DNA of 41,157 nt, taken from assembly GCA_030538855.1 (NCBI GenBank), contig JAUNTE010000001.1:1-41157 (forward strand), in the 5' to 3' direction. Source of the stretch: Oscillospiraceae bacterium. GTDB taxonomy: Bacteria > Bacillota > Clostridia > Oscillospirales > Ruminococcaceae. Position numbers and translations under genes: made by a program. Position 1 is the stretch's first letter. Each line of letters begins with the position of its first letter. Shown in pieces: positions 27,319 through 37,456 of the stretch. The notes under the pieces are model-generated. The model did not search any database, was not told the DNA's origin, and saw only the letters and a list, made by a program, of their open reading frames with translations.

Positions 27319-28203
27319 ATGAAAGGCATTATTTTGGCGGGGGGCGCGGGCACCCGGTTATATCCGCTGACGATGGTCACGTCGAAACAGCTGCTGCCTG
27401 TTTATGACAAACCGATGATCTATTATCCCCTCTCTACCCTGATGCTGGCGGGCATCAAGGAGATATTGGTCATCTCTACCCCCGAGGACACCCCCCGGTT
27501 CGAGCATCTTTTGGGGGACGGCAGCCAGTTCGGCATCTCTCTCTCTTACAAAGTGCAGCCCAGCCCGGACGGGCTGGCCCAGGCGTTTTTGCTGGGCGAA
27601 GAGTTTATTGGGGACGACACCTGCGCCATGGTGCTGGGGGACAATATCTTTTACGGCAACGGTTTTTCACGCCTGCTGCGGGCCGCGGCTGAAAACGGCG
27701 AAAAAGGCCGGGCGACGGTGTTTGGCTATTATGTCAATGACCCGGAGCGCTTCGGCATCGTCGAGTTTGACGAAAACGGCCGCGTCGTCAGCGTAGAGGA
27801 AAAACCGGAACATCCAAAATCAAATTACGCCATCACCGGCCTTTATTTTTACGATAACCGGGTGGTGCAGCTGGCAAAGCAGGTGAAACCCAGCGCCAGA
27901 GGAGAGCTGGAGATCACCTCGCTGAACGAGCTTTATTTGCGCGAGGGCGCGCTGGACGTGCAGCTTTTGGGGCGTGGCTTTGCCTGGCTGGACACCGGGA
28001 CCATGGAGAGTTTGGTGGACGCGGCGGACTTTGTACGTATGATCGAAAAGCGGCAGGGCGTCACCATCTCGGCCCCTGAGGAGATCGCTTTTAAAAACGG
28101 ATGGATCACCCGTGAAAAATTATTGGAGAGCGCCGAACGGTATGGGAAATCCCCCTACGGACATCACCTGAAACAGGTGGCGGAAGGACGCATCCACTAT
28201 TGA
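27319..28203 (+). CDS. rmlA: Glucose-1-phosphate thymidylyltransferase
   Basis: [28 protein letters not shown] and the LGDNIFYG motif. I chose the ATG at 27319. Confidence 0.95.
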   Translation: MKGIILAGGAGTRLYPLTMVTSKQLLPVYDKPMIYYPLSTLMLAGIKEILVISTPEDTPRFEHLLGDGSQFGISLSYKVQPSPDGLAQAFLLGEEFIGDDTCAMVLGDNIFYGNGFSRLLRAAAENGEKGRATVFGYYVNDPERFGIVEFDENGRVVSVEEKPEHPKSNYAITGLYFYDNRVVQLAKQVKPSARGELEITSLNELYLREGALDVQLLGRGFAWLDTGTMESLVDAADFVRMIEKRQGVTISAPEEIAFKNGWITREKLLESAERYGKSPYGHHLKQVAEGRIHY

Positions 28204-28216
28204 GAGGTAACTGAAA

Positions 28217-29128
28217 ATGAAATTGCTCATCACCGGGGCGAACGGGCAGCTTGGCACCGAGCTGCGCCGCTGCCTGAAACGGGGCCGAAGCGAACTTGGC
28301 CCCCTGCCGGAAAAGCTGCTGCACGCCATGGTCATAGGCACCGATGTGGCGGGCCAGGGCGTAGAGGCGCTGGATATTACCGACCGGCATGAGGTGGCGG
28401 TATTTTTGCGCCGCCACCAGCCGGACGTTGTCATCAACTGCGGGGCCTTTACCAATGTGGATGGCTGCGAGACCCAGCGGGAGGCCGCTTTTAAATTGAA
28501 CGCGCTGGGGCCGCGCAATCTGGCGCTGGCCTGCGCCGAGATCGGGGCGAAGCTTGTGCATGTCTCGACAGACTATGTGTTTCGCGGAGAGGGCGACCGC
28601 CCCTTCTGCGAGTATGACGCGCCCGACCCGCAGTCAATGTATGGGCGCACCAAGCTTTTGGGCGAACAGTATGTGCGCGAGTTCTGCCCAAAATATTTTA
28701 TTGTCCGCACGGCGTGGCTGTATGGCTATGCGGGCAAAAACTTTGTCAAAACCATGGTGCGGCTGGCAAAAGAGAAAGGCGGCGCCACAGTAGTAGACGA
28801 CCAGCTGGGCAACCCCACCAACGCGGCCGACCTTGCGCATCATCTTTTGAAACTGTGCGTCACCAAAGAGTACGGCGTTTACCACTGCACCGGAGAAGGC
28901 GTGTGCTCGTGGTATGAGTTTGCCGCCGAAATCGCCCGGCTGGCGGGCAAAGAGGGCGTGATGGCGCCCTGTACCAGCGAGGCGTATGCCGCGGCCCACC
29001 CCGAGAGCGCAAAACGGCCCGCGTATTCGGCGCTGGAGAACGCCATGCTTGCCGCGACGGTGGGAAATGAGATGCGGGGCTGGAAAGAGGCGCTTGGCTG
29101 CTTTTTTGAAAATTGGGACGGGGAGTGA
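28217..29128 (+). CDS. rmlD: dTDP-4-dehydrorhamnose reductase
   Basis: MKLLITGANGQLG, VHVSTDYVF, YGRTKLLGE and a typical RmlD C-terminus. Confidence 0.93.
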   Translation: MKLLITGANGQLGTELRRCLKRGRSELGPLPEKLLHAMVIGTDVAGQGVEALDITDRHEVAVFLRRHQPDVVINCGAFTNVDGCETQREAAFKLNALGPRNLALACAEIGAKLVHVSTDYVFRGEGDRPFCEYDAPDPQSMYGRTKLLGEQYVREFCPKYFIVRTAWLYGYAGKNFVKTMVRLAKEKGGATVVDDQLGNPTNAADLAHHLLKLCVTKEYGVYHCTGEGVCSWYEFAAEIARLAGKEGVMAPCTSEAYAAAHPESAKRPAYSALENAMLAATVGNEMRGWKEALGCFFENWDGE

Positions 29129-29224
29129 CCGCCCGGGGACGATTTGACAAACAGGCGGTTTTTCTTTATCCTATAAAGCAAAGAAAACGCGCGGCGGCGC
29201 GGCACGCAAGAAAGGGACGACAAC

Positions 29225-30283
29225 ATGAAGACCTATCTCGTTACCGGCGGGGCCGGGTTTATCGGCTCAAACTTTATACTTTATATGCTGAAAAAACATG
29301 CGGATATCCGTCTCGTCAATCTGGATAAGCTTACCTATGCGGGCAATCTTGAAAATTTAAAAGAGGCGGAGGGCGACAGCCGCCATATCTTTGTGCAGGG
29401 GGATATCTGCGACAAAGAGCTGGTGCGGGGCCTGTTTGAAAAGTATGATTTTGATTATGTCGTCAACTTTGCCGCTGAAAGCCATGTTGACCGCAGCATC
29501 ACAAACCCTGAGATTTTTGTAGAGACCAATGTTTCAGGCACGGTCAACCTGCTGCAGTGCGCCAAAGAGAGCTGGCTGCGCGGCGGCGTTTGGGCCGAAG
29601 GCAAAAAATATTTACAGGTATCTACCGACGAGGTGTACGGCTCTTTGGGGGCCGAAGGGTATTTTACCGAGACGACGCCTCTTTGCCCGCACAGCCCGTA
29701 TTCGGCCAGTAAAACCAGCGCGGATATGTTTGTGATGGCGTTTCACGATACCTACGGCATGCCGGTGAACATCACCCGCTGCTCAAACAACTACGGGCCG
29801 TATCAGTTCCCTGAAAAGCTCATTCCGCTGATGATCAACAACGTCAAAAATAAAAAGCAGCTGCCGGTGTACGGCGACGGCATGAATATCCGTGACTGGC
29901 TGTATGTAGAGGACCACTGCAAGGCCATCGATATGGTGGCGGAAAACGGCAAGGTGGGCGAGGTGTACAACGTGGGCGGCCACAATGAGCGCCCGAATAT
30001 CTTTATCGTCAAAACCATCATAGCCCAGCTGGGCCAGCGGCTTTGCGACCCGGAGATCGGGGAGAACCTGATCAAATATGTCGCCGACCGTCTGGGACAT
30101 GACCGCCGGTACGGCATTGACCCGGAAAAGATCAAAAATGACCTGGGCTGGTACCCGGAAACCACCTTTGAGGTGGGCATCGTCAAGACCATCGACTGGT
30201 ATCTTGCCCACGAGGAATGGATGGAGCATGTGACCTCGGGCGCGTATCAGGATTATTATGACAACATGTATCAGAATAAATAG
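29225..30283 (+). CDS. rmlB: dTDP-glucose 4,6-dehydratase
   Basis: LVTGGAGFIGSNF, STDEVYG, YSASKTSADM and RCSNNYGPYQFPEKLIP motifs. Confidence 0.95.
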   Translation: MKTYLVTGGAGFIGSNFILYMLKKHADIRLVNLDKLTYAGNLENLKEAEGDSRHIFVQGDICDKELVRGLFEKYDFDYVVNFAAESHVDRSITNPEIFVETNVSGTVNLLQCAKESWLRGGVWAEGKKYLQVSTDEVYGSLGAEGYFTETTPLCPHSPYSASKTSADMFVMAFHDTYGMPVNITRCSNNYGPYQFPEKLIPLMINNVKNKKQLPVYGDGMNIRDWLYVEDHCKAIDMVAENGKVGEVYNVGGHNERPNIFIVKTIIAQLGQRLCDPEIGENLIKYVADRLGHDRRYGIDPEKIKNDLGWYPETTFEVGIVKTIDWYLAHEEWMEHVTSGAYQDYYDNMYQNK

Positions 30284-30318
30284 CAGGGTAAAAAGCCGCT
30301 TCTGCTTATAAAAACAGC

Positions 30319-30352
30319 AAAGCCTCCCGCCGTATGGCGGGAGGCTTTGTAA
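30319..30352 (+). terminator. Hairpin terminator after rmlB (usable on both strands)
   Basis: AAAGCCTCCCGCC-GTAT-GGCGGGAGGCTTT. Confidence 0.6.
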
Positions 30353-30358
30353 TACCCC

Positions 30359-30386
30359 AAAAGAAAAAATCCGCCGTTTTGGCGGA
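30359..30386 (-). terminator. Intrinsic terminator (minus strand)
   Basis: Minus strand reads TCCGCC-AAAAC-GGCGGA followed by TTTTTTCTTTTGG. Confidence 0.5.
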
Positions 30387-30626
30387 AGATGGTGAAAAAT
30401 ATACCGAAACGCCCCTGCCTTTTGGCGGAGGGGGCGAAAAACGGCTGCACGTTGTGCGGTGAGGGGGGAGGGGCGTTTTCAGCCTCCGCTGCCACATTGA
30501 AAGACGGCTGCACGTCTGCGCGGCGAGGGGCGACGGCTGCACAAAAAGAAAGGATAGCGGTACTGCAGGGCCTGCCGCATCTGTTTGCAGCTGAGAAAGA
30601 GATAGGGCAAGGCAAGCCCGCGCCGG

Positions 30627-30941
30627 TTATTTTTTGTCGGTACACACTTTTTTGAGCCTGTCGTACACAACCATCAGAAGGACCGAACAAAGGACCGTCC
30701 CGATGAGGGTGATGAAACACAGCGGTGAATCCATCCCTGCAAGCAAAGGCAGCCCCAGCGCTTCCATCGCCGCCGCATACCCCAGCCATAAAAAGCCCAT
30801 CGCGCGGTTATAGCCTTTGATATCCGTGATGGGCACCGTTTTAACGTCCAGAAAGCGGACAGGCTTTTTGGCAAAAAAGGCGTAAACGCCGCTGATGGCC
30901 GGCAGACAGCACAGGGCGCTCCATACCAAAAAAACAGGCAT
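30627..30941 (-). CDS. Small integral membrane protein (3 predicted TM segments)
   Basis: 104 aa, MPVFLVWSALCCLPAISGVYAFF...GYNRAMGFLWLGYAAAMEALGLPLL... SD is AGGAGGTAATATCG. Family not identified. Confidence 0.6.
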   Translation of the reverse strand: MPVFLVWSALCCLPAISGVYAFFAKKPVRFLDVKTVPITDIKGYNRAMGFLWLGYAAAMEALGLPLLAGMDSPLCFITLIGTVLCSVLLMVVYDRLKKVCTDKK

Positions 30942-31041
30942 CGATATTACCTCCTATTATCTTATGTACAGCACGGGAAAGCGCCGTCAACGAAAAGCAG
31001 AGAGGAAAAATGTTCTGTTTATGCAGGTGAAAACGGACAGT

Positions 31042-31073
31042 AAAAAACGCTGCGGCGGTAGCCCGCCACAGCG
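31042..31073. terminator. Bidirectional hairpin terminator
   Basis: CGCTGCGGCGG-TAGC-CCGCCACAGCG, flanked by an A6 run on the left and T-rich sequence on the right. Confidence 0.5.
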
Positions 31074-31170
31074 CAGCTTTTCTGTTTTGCCGCACTCCCT
31101 GTTTATCAGCAGGCTGCGGCGGTAAGGCTCTTTTTTACAGCAGCTGCTGCCATAACTTATGGTGATAACG

Positions 31171-31206
31171 AAAAAACGCAAATAACCTCGGCTCTTTTGA
31201 TCTGCG
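31171..31206 (-). terminator. Probable terminator downstream of the GGDEF gene
   Basis: Minus strand has CGCAGAU..16 nt..AUUUGCG followed by UUUUUU. Confidence 0.45.
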
Positions 31207-31403
31207 CCAAACATGGGACGCCGGAGAATCAGCTTTTCTGCATAAGCAGCCGGTGTAAAGCTGGTTGACAGAAAGCTTTTTGCAGCATAGGAAAAAGGCC
31301 TTTTATTTGGCAGATACCCGGCCCGCCCGGGCTGTCCGTTTTCTGGCGTATGCAGTCATATCACCGCTTTTTTACGGATAAAGATGTGCGGGCAGAAGAA
31401 TTT

Positions 31404-32516
31404 TTACCCCGGTATGTACCCGTGTTTTTTTTGCTTTTTTTCAAGATACATGTTTTGGTCTGCGTGGTCGATCAAATCAGACAAAGTTTGGGCGTCCTGC
31501 GGGAAAGAGGCCGCCCCAATCGATACGCCTTGAAAAGCGCCGGCCCCCGGAAGAGAAAAATCTATTTCGCGCAGCGCCGTCAAGATGCGGGCGTCCCGGG
31601 AGATACAAACGAATTCATCACCTGAAAAACGAAAAAAGTCAGCGCGGCCGTCTGCCGCCTCACGCAGGGCGGCGGCAAAACGGACGAGATAGGCGTCGCC
31701 CATACGGTGCCCGTAGTCGTCGTTTATTTTTTTAAAGCAGTCCAGATCCATAAAAAACAGAGAAAAGGGTGTTTTTTCCGTCAGCAGCATTTCGGTTTTA
31801 TCCCGCAGCGCGATCCGGTTGCCAAGACCGGTAAGCTGGTCTGTCGTGGCCAATGCACTCAGCGTCTGATTGTCGCCGTCCGCTTTTAAATAGGATACCA
31901 GCAGCTTATAGGTGAGGATGATAAAATAAATGAGCAGCAGGTAGACAAGAAACTGCTTGAAAGGAAAGCTGTCCACCATGGTACTGTTGTACAGCACAAT
32001 GAGAAAAAAGCTGGTGATGGTATACTGGATCAAAAGGTTTTTTTGACGCGGCCCTGCCTTTTGCATATAGGGCAGCATCGATTTGCGGGCAAAACGCAGA
32101 TAAAAGGGAAAGGTGACGGCGAAAAGAACCGTCTGGACAGCCAGCACCGCCCCTGTTAAGAAAGGGGCCGGGAATAAGTATCCGATGCGCACCGCAAGAC
32201 AAAAACCGGCCAGCCCGTAAGAAAAAGAGAAAAAGGCAAGGATCAGCCGGTTTTTCCAGCCTCCGCCATAGTTGACCAAAGCAGGAATAAAATACACCAC
32301 ACCCAGCAGCATGAATTTTCCACTGCCGGTGCCGTAGCCGGGCAGATGCACCGCTACAAGGCACATAAAAGCGATGAGAACGGCGGTGATGACCGCGTAA
32401 AGGCCCAGCGCCCAGACAAACCGGTGCCTGCGCTGTGAGAGAAGCCAGATAGAGAGGAACTCTACGCCTATGATTTCGAGTACGGTCAAAATATTCAAAA
32501 AAAGTTCCAGCCGCAT
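31404..32516 (-). CDS. Membrane-bound diguanylate cyclase (polytopic N-terminal sensor domain plus GGDEF domain, SGDEF variant)
   Basis: About 200 aa of multi-TM N-terminus, then DQLTGLGNR, MDLDCFKKINDDYGHRMGD and RFSGDEFVCI. Confidence 0.88.
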   Translation of the reverse strand: MRLELFLNILTVLEIIGVEFLSIWLLSQRRHRFVWALGLYAVITAVLIAFMCLVAVHLPGYGTGSGKFMLLGVVYFIPALVNYGGGWKNRLILAFFSFSYGLAGFCLAVRIGYLFPAPFLTGAVLAVQTVLFAVTFPFYLRFARKSMLPYMQKAGPRQKNLLIQYTITSFFLIVLYNSTMVDSFPFKQFLVYLLLIYFIILTYKLLVSYLKADGDNQTLSALATTDQLTGLGNRIALRDKTEMLLTEKTPFSLFFMDLDCFKKINDDYGHRMGDAYLVRFAAALREAADGRADFFRFSGDEFVCISRDARILTALREIDFSLPGAGAFQGVSIGAASFPQDAQTLSDLIDHADQNMYLEKKQKKHGYIPG

Positions 32517-32673
32517 ACAGGCACCTTCTTTAAAACCCGGCCTTCTGCTTTTTTACAGAAACGCCGCGGATAAAATGATGGCCGGCTTTCAAGGCGCGTG
32601 CCGTGGAAAGACCGGCGACTTTAAAACAGCCCGGGCCGCGCCGGTATAAGAGTTTGGGGCGCCGCGAAAAAAG

Positions 32674-32892
32674 TCAGCCTTTTTTCACGTCCGGCGTATA
32701 TTCTAAAATATCGCCCGGCTGACAGTGCAGGGCCTCGCAGATGGCGCTGAGGGTGGCGATGCGCAAAGCGGTGACAGAACCGTTTTTGATGTTGGTGAGG
32801 TCATAGGCAGAGATACCCACTTTTAAAGAGAGCTCGTTGATGGTGACATCCTTTTCATCAAGCACGCGGTCTAAATGCCAAGTCATTCCCAT
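32674..32892 (-). CDS. XRE-family helix-turn-helix transcriptional regulator (72 aa)
   Basis: LDRVLDEKDVTINELSLKVGISAYDLTNIKNGSVTALRIATLSAICEALHCQPGDILEY. I chose the ATG at 32892, 9 nt after AGGAGG. Confidence 0.85.
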   Translation of the reverse strand: MGMTWHLDRVLDEKDVTINELSLKVGISAYDLTNIKNGSVTALRIATLSAICEALHCQPGDILEYTPDVKKG

Positions 32893-32896
32893 AGTG

Positions 32897-33127
32897 TCAT
32901 TCCTCCTGTGTGCCGTCTTTGTTATCGGCGGCGTTTTTCTGGGCGTCTTCATCAGCAGGCTGAAGGGCGCGCCATTCTTCTAAATAAACATTGTCTTCAC
33001 CGGTATCTTCATCACGAAACATCTTTTTCAGCGTTTTGGCGGTTTTACGCAGGCTGCGTACCAATAAAAAAGCCGAAACTGCGAAAAGAGCGCCAAAAAA
33101 GATGAGCGAGACGATCAGCATGTCCAT
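32897..33127 (-). CDS. Small single-pass membrane protein with acidic tail (76 aa)
   Basis: MDMLIVSLIFFGALFAVSAFLLV followed by a charged tail. SD is AGGAG. The start overlaps the birA stop by 13 nt, and the gene ends 5 nt before the XRE start. Confidence 0.6.
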   Translation of the reverse strand: MDMLIVSLIFFGALFAVSAFLLVRSLRKTAKTLKKMFRDEDTGEDNVYLEEWRALQPADEDAQKNAADNKDGTQEE

Positions 33128-34098
33128 CCGTTTTGCTCCTTTACGCTTACTTCACCGGCTGTTAAAGCAAGGGTGGTATGGTCGGGAAATTCTACCAGCA
33201 GGTGTCCCTCATCTGTAATGGAGAGGGCTTTGGCCGGGCCGGTACGCGCGCCGTTCAGCACCATGACGTCGCGTCCCGGCAAAAAGTTGCGTGCGCGGTA
33301 TTCCTCCAGGGTCTCGGCGGGGGCTTGTGTCAGAAGGCACAGCTGGCGGATAAGCGCGGCGGCCAGACGGCAGCGGACGTCGCCGCCGGGGAAATCTTCA
33401 TAAAGCGCGCCCACCACGCCGCGCAGCTCCTCCGGCAGTTCTTCACGGCGCAGCCAGACGTTTATGCCGATACCCACCACGGCGTATTCTAAAGAGCCGC
33501 CCTCCAGATCGGCGCAGGCCTCTGTCAGGATGCCGCAGATTTTTTTGCCGTTAAAAAAAACGTCGTTTACCCATTTGATGCGCGGCTGAACGCCGCATAC
33601 CTCTTCAGCGGCGCGGCATACCGCCACGGCCGCCGCCAGGGTGAGAAAGGTACACTGCCGGGCCGACAGCCGGGGACGCAGCACCATAGAAAGATAAAGG
33701 CCCCCGGGCGGAGAATAAAAAGTATGCCCGCGCCTGCCGCGCCCGGCCGTCTGGCGCTCGGCCAGAACGACGCTTTTATCCGGGGCGCCCGCCATGGCCA
33801 GCTCTTTGGCGCAAAGGTTGGTACTGCTGCATACCGGCAGCACCGTCAGCTGGCCGGGGCCGATACAGCCCTGTAAATGGGGCAGAAGCGCCGCCGGGGT
33901 AAGCACGTCGCTTTCAGGCAGTAAAAGATAGCCCCGGTTCGGCCCGGAGGCGATTTTATGGCCGTCCTCTTTTAAAGAGGCGACGGCCTTACATACGGCG
34001 GCCCGTGAAACGCCGAAACTCTCTGCCAGCCGCTGCCCCGAGAGATTTTTGCCGCGGTTTTGCAGCAGCGCGGCCAATACGTCGTCCTTGAGGCTCAT
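33115..34098 (-). CDS. birA: Bifunctional biotin--[acetyl-CoA-carboxylase] ligase / transcriptional repressor BirA
   Basis: N-terminal wHTH (SGQRLAESFGVSRAAVCKAVASLKEDG), catalytic GRGRRGHTFYSPPGGLY, KWVNDV and a C-terminal SH3-like domain. Confidence 0.93.
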   Translation of the reverse strand: MSLKDDVLAALLQNRGKNLSGQRLAESFGVSRAAVCKAVASLKEDGHKIASGPNRGYLLLPESDVLTPAALLPHLQGCIGPGQLTVLPVCSSTNLCAKELAMAGAPDKSVVLAERQTAGRGRRGHTFYSPPGGLYLSMVLRPRLSARQCTFLTLAAAVAVCRAAEEVCGVQPRIKWVNDVFFNGKKICGILTEACADLEGGSLEYAVVGIGINVWLRREELPEELRGVVGALYEDFPGGDVRCRLAAALIRQLCLLTQAPAETLEEYRARNFLPGRDVMVLNGARTGPAKALSITDEGHLLVEFPDHTTLALTAGEVSVKEQNGWTC

Positions 34099-34473
34099 AT
34101 CGGTTCCTTTCCCGCCGGTCGGCCTTTTGATGTACGGCGGAGGGGTTTATTATCAGTGTGAACTTTATGTTTATTATAACAAGCTTTGCCCCGTTTTACA
34201 ACGCCGCCTTTTTCTTTTATAAAAGCCGGTTTATTCGTTTGAAAAGTGAAAAAATTTTTATTTGTACGTTATTATGATGTTATCGTGTATAAAACGGCAA
34301 AAAAAGAGGCTGGAAAAAGATGATGGCCCTTAGCGCGCGGCTGGCGCGGATAACGGGCGTTTCAGCCAGATTCCACAAAAATACCATATTTACGGTTTTG
34401 CTTTCTTATAAAAAATATGATAGAATAAACTCCGTAAAGCTTTTTGCAGGCTGTGGGGGAGAGGAACGTACAT

Positions 34474-35253
34474 ATGCGCATCGTCGTCAAGGTAGGCACA
34501 TCTACGCTGGCCCATGCCAGCGGGTGCATCAATATCCGCCGGGTGGAAGGGCTGTGCCGGGTGCTGGCGGATTTAAAAAATGAAGGGCATGAGATACTGC
34601 TTGTCTCCAGCGGGGCCATCGGTATGGGTATGGGCAGGCTGCGGCTGGCCGAAAAGCCCGCGGATATGCCGACAAAACAAGCCTGCGCCGCCGTGGGACA
34701 GTGCGAGCTGATGTATGTATATGACAAGCTGTTCACCGGATACAGCCACGTGACGGCCCAGGTACTGCTGACCGGCGCAGATATTGAGCATGACGAGCGG
34801 CGGGTGAATGTGCAGAATACCCTCAACCGCCTTTTAAGCATGGGCACGCTGCCGGTGGTGAACGAAAACGATACGGTATCGACCGAAGAGATCAGCATGG
34901 GGGACAATGACACCCTTTCGGCCATTGTCGCCTGCTTGTGCGGGGCCGATCTGCTGGTCATCCTCAGCGATATTGACGGCCTGTATGACTGCGACCCGCA
35001 TAAAAACCCAGACGCCAGGCTTTTGCGTGAAGTGCGGGGCGTGACGGACGATATTTTGAACATGGCAGGGGGCGCGGGCAGCAGCCTTGGCACCGGCGGT
35101 ATGGCTACCAAGCTGCGGGCAGCGGCCATCGCGGGGGGCAGCGGCATCGATATGGTGATCATGAACGGCAGCCGCCCTGAAAAGTTGTATGATCTTTTAG
35201 AGGGAGAACCGGTGGGGACCCGTTTTTTACATACAGAGGAGGCCTGTTTATGA
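34474..35253 (+). CDS. proB: Glutamate 5-kinase (short form without PUA domain)
   Basis: [32 protein letters not shown] and GTGGMATKL motifs. I chose the ATG at 34474. Confidence 0.95.
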   Translation: MRIVVKVGTSTLAHASGCINIRRVEGLCRVLADLKNEGHEILLVSSGAIGMGMGRLRLAEKPADMPTKQACAAVGQCELMYVYDKLFTGYSHVTAQVLLTGADIEHDERRVNVQNTLNRLLSMGTLPVVNENDTVSTEEISMGDNDTLSAIVACLCGADLLVILSDIDGLYDCDPHKNPDARLLREVRGVTDDILNMAGGAGSSLGTGGMATKLRAAAIAGGSGIDMVIMNGSRPEKLYDLLEGEPVGTRFLHTEEACL

Positions 35254-36488
35254 CGACCCGGGAATTACTGCAGAAGGCAAAGGCTGCGCAGGAGAGCATC
35301 GCCTTTCGCACCAGCGAGGAAAAAAACCGGCTGATGCTGGCGCTGGCCGAGGGGCTGCGGCGGGACAAGGCGGAGATACTGGCCGCCAATAAAGAGGACC
35401 TGGCCGCCGCAAAAGGCGTTATCAGCGAGGTGATGACCGACCGGCTGCGGCTGGATGAGAAGCGGATAGAGGAGATGGCCCAGGGCGTAGCGGCCCTGGC
35501 CGCCCTGCCCGACCCTGTGGGCCGGATAGAGGAGACGGTGAAACGGCCGAACGGCCTTGTCATCCAAAAAGTACGGGTGCCGATGGGCGTGGTTGCCATG
35601 ATCTATGAAAGCCGCCCCAACGTCACCAGCGACGCGGCGGCGTTGTGTTTAAAAAGCGGGAATGTGGCGGTGCTGCGGGGCGGCAAAGAGGCTTTTTGCT
35701 CTAACCGCGCCATTGCCCACAGCCTGCGCCGTACGGCGGAAGGGCTGGGATATGACCCCGCCGTCGTCAGTTTTGTTGAGGATACCGCCCGCCAGAGCGC
35801 GAAAGAGCTGATGGAGGCCGAAGGGCTGGTCGATCTGCTCATCCCCCGCGGCGGGCGCGGGCTCATCAGGGCGTGTATGGAGGGGGCCAAGGTGCCCTGC
35901 ATCCAGACGGGTACCGGCATCTGCCATGTGTACATAGACGGGGCGGCCGACCTTTTAAAGGGGCTTTCGATTTTAGAGAACGCGAAGGTGAGCCGTCCTT
36001 CCGTCTGCAACGCCTGTGAAGTGTGTCTTGTGGATAAAGCCTGCGCAGCGGCCTTTTTGCCCCTTATGAAAGAGCGTTTGGCGGATAAAGACGGGGTGCA
36101 GCTGCGGCTGGACACGGCGGCGGCCGGGTATATTGCGGGCGCGGCGGCCGGCGCGGAAGATTTTGACACCGAATTTTTGGATTATGTGCTGGCGGTAAAG
36201 GTGGTGGACGGCGTAAAAGATGCCGTGGCCCATATTGCGGCGCATTCGACCGGCCATTCAGAATGCATTGTGACGGAAGACCCAAAGGCGGCCGCGTATT
36301 TTTTACAGAGAGTGGACAGCGCCGCCGTGTATCATAACGCCAGCACCCGGTTTACCGACGGCGGTGAATTTGGCCTTGGATGTGAGATCGGCATTGCTAC
36401 CCAAAAGGTGGGCGCGCGGGGGCCTATGGGCCTTGGCGAGCTGACCAGCTATAAATATATCGTAAAAGGTGACGGGCAGATTCGCTGA
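35250..36488 (+). CDS. proA: Glutamate-5-semialdehyde dehydrogenase (gamma-glutamyl phosphate reductase)
   Basis: 412 aa with [15 protein letters not shown] and [15 protein letters not shown] motifs. ATGA overlap with proB. Confidence 0.95.
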   Translation: MTTRELLQKAKAAQESIAFRTSEEKNRLMLALAEGLRRDKAEILAANKEDLAAAKGVISEVMTDRLRLDEKRIEEMAQGVAALAALPDPVGRIEETVKRPNGLVIQKVRVPMGVVAMIYESRPNVTSDAAALCLKSGNVAVLRGGKEAFCSNRAIAHSLRRTAEGLGYDPAVVSFVEDTARQSAKELMEAEGLVDLLIPRGGRGLIRACMEGAKVPCIQTGTGICHVYIDGAADLLKGLSILENAKVSRPSVCNACEVCLVDKACAAAFLPLMKERLADKDGVQLRLDTAAAGYIAGAAAGAEDFDTEFLDYVLAVKVVDGVKDAVAHIAAHSTGHSECIVTEDPKAAAYFLQRVDSAAVYHNASTRFTDGGEFGLGCEIGIATQKVGARGPMGLGELTSYKYIVKGDGQIR

Positions 36489-36528
36489 ACGGCGAAGGGA
36501 CCGTATCCCTGGAAAGGCAGGCAGAAAT

Positions 36529-37389
36529 ATGTCAGCAGAGAGCTTGAAAAAAGAGGAGCAGCATCGCGCGGCGCGCCGCCGCCGCAGAGTGGCGATCGGT
36601 GTTGTGGTGGCGTTTTTGGTGGTGTTTGGGCTGGTCAGCCTGATCATGACGCTGGTGCATGGTACCATGAACCTTTTTGACGATACCGAAGAGCGCAAGA
36701 ATTATGAAGAGCGTGTCAAAACGCTGGTGATGCTGGACGCCATCCCGTTTGACAGCCTGGAGACCGCAGATGAAACGGTGCTGATCCAGGCCTGTATCTG
36801 GGACGTGCTGTTCAATGAGGACATCACGAAATTTCAAAAGGATGAGAATGGGGCGTATCTGGTGCCTGTGGTGGATATTGACCGGTATGCGGTAAGATTG
36901 TTCGGCCCGGATTTTAAATTCAGCCATCACAGCTTTACCCTGAGCGACGGCTATATGGAATTTAAATATAACGAGGACAGCCAGACCTATACCATGCCCA
37001 TCACCAGTATGACCAACAACTATACCCCAAGCGTTGTGAAGCTGCAGAATGAGGACGGAAAAAAACGGGTGACGGTAGGGTATGTGGCGCCTATGGATAT
37101 TATGACGAACCTCGGCTCTCAGGGCAAGGTGAGCGAGGCCCCGGCAAAATATTATGATTACATCTTTGCGCCGATTGACGGCGAATATTATTTGACGGCG
37201 ATCACAGAGAGCGAAACAAAGCCGGAGGTGACCGCGTCCTCTTCACAGGACTTGCCGATGGCGGGCGTTGTGGGGATGCCTGATGAGGAGGACCCCGCGC
37301 TGGACGACCAAAAGCCTATCGAGACCTCCAGCAGCGCCCCCGAAGGGGAACAGCAGCCGGAAGACCAAGGTGAACAACCGGCGGAATAA
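36529..37389 (+). CDS. Hypothetical membrane-anchored protein with acidic low-complexity C-terminus
   Basis: MSAESLKKEEQHRAARRRRRVAIGVVVAFLVVFGLVSLIMTLV, then a globular extracytoplasmic part and an E/D/P/Q-rich tail. No family recognised. Confidence 0.7.
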   Translation: MSAESLKKEEQHRAARRRRRVAIGVVVAFLVVFGLVSLIMTLVHGTMNLFDDTEERKNYEERVKTLVMLDAIPFDSLETADETVLIQACIWDVLFNEDITKFQKDENGAYLVPVVDIDRYAVRLFGPDFKFSHHSFTLSDGYMEFKYNEDSQTYTMPITSMTNNYTPSVVKLQNEDGKKRVTVGYVAPMDIMTNLGSQGKVSEAPAKYYDYIFAPIDGEYYLTAITESETKPEVTASSSQDLPMAGVVGMPDEEDPALDDQKPIETSSSAPEGEQQPEDQGEQPAE

Positions 37390-37413
37390 GCGGTATCAAT
37401 ATTTATAATAGGT

Positions 37414-37456
37414 CAGTCAGGCCGCCCGGCTTTGCCGGGCGGCCTGACTGTTTTTT
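37414..37456 (+). terminator. Strong intrinsic terminator
   Basis: CAGTCAGGCCGCCCGGC-TTT-GCCGGGCGGCCTGACTG followed by TTTTTT. Confidence 0.85.
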
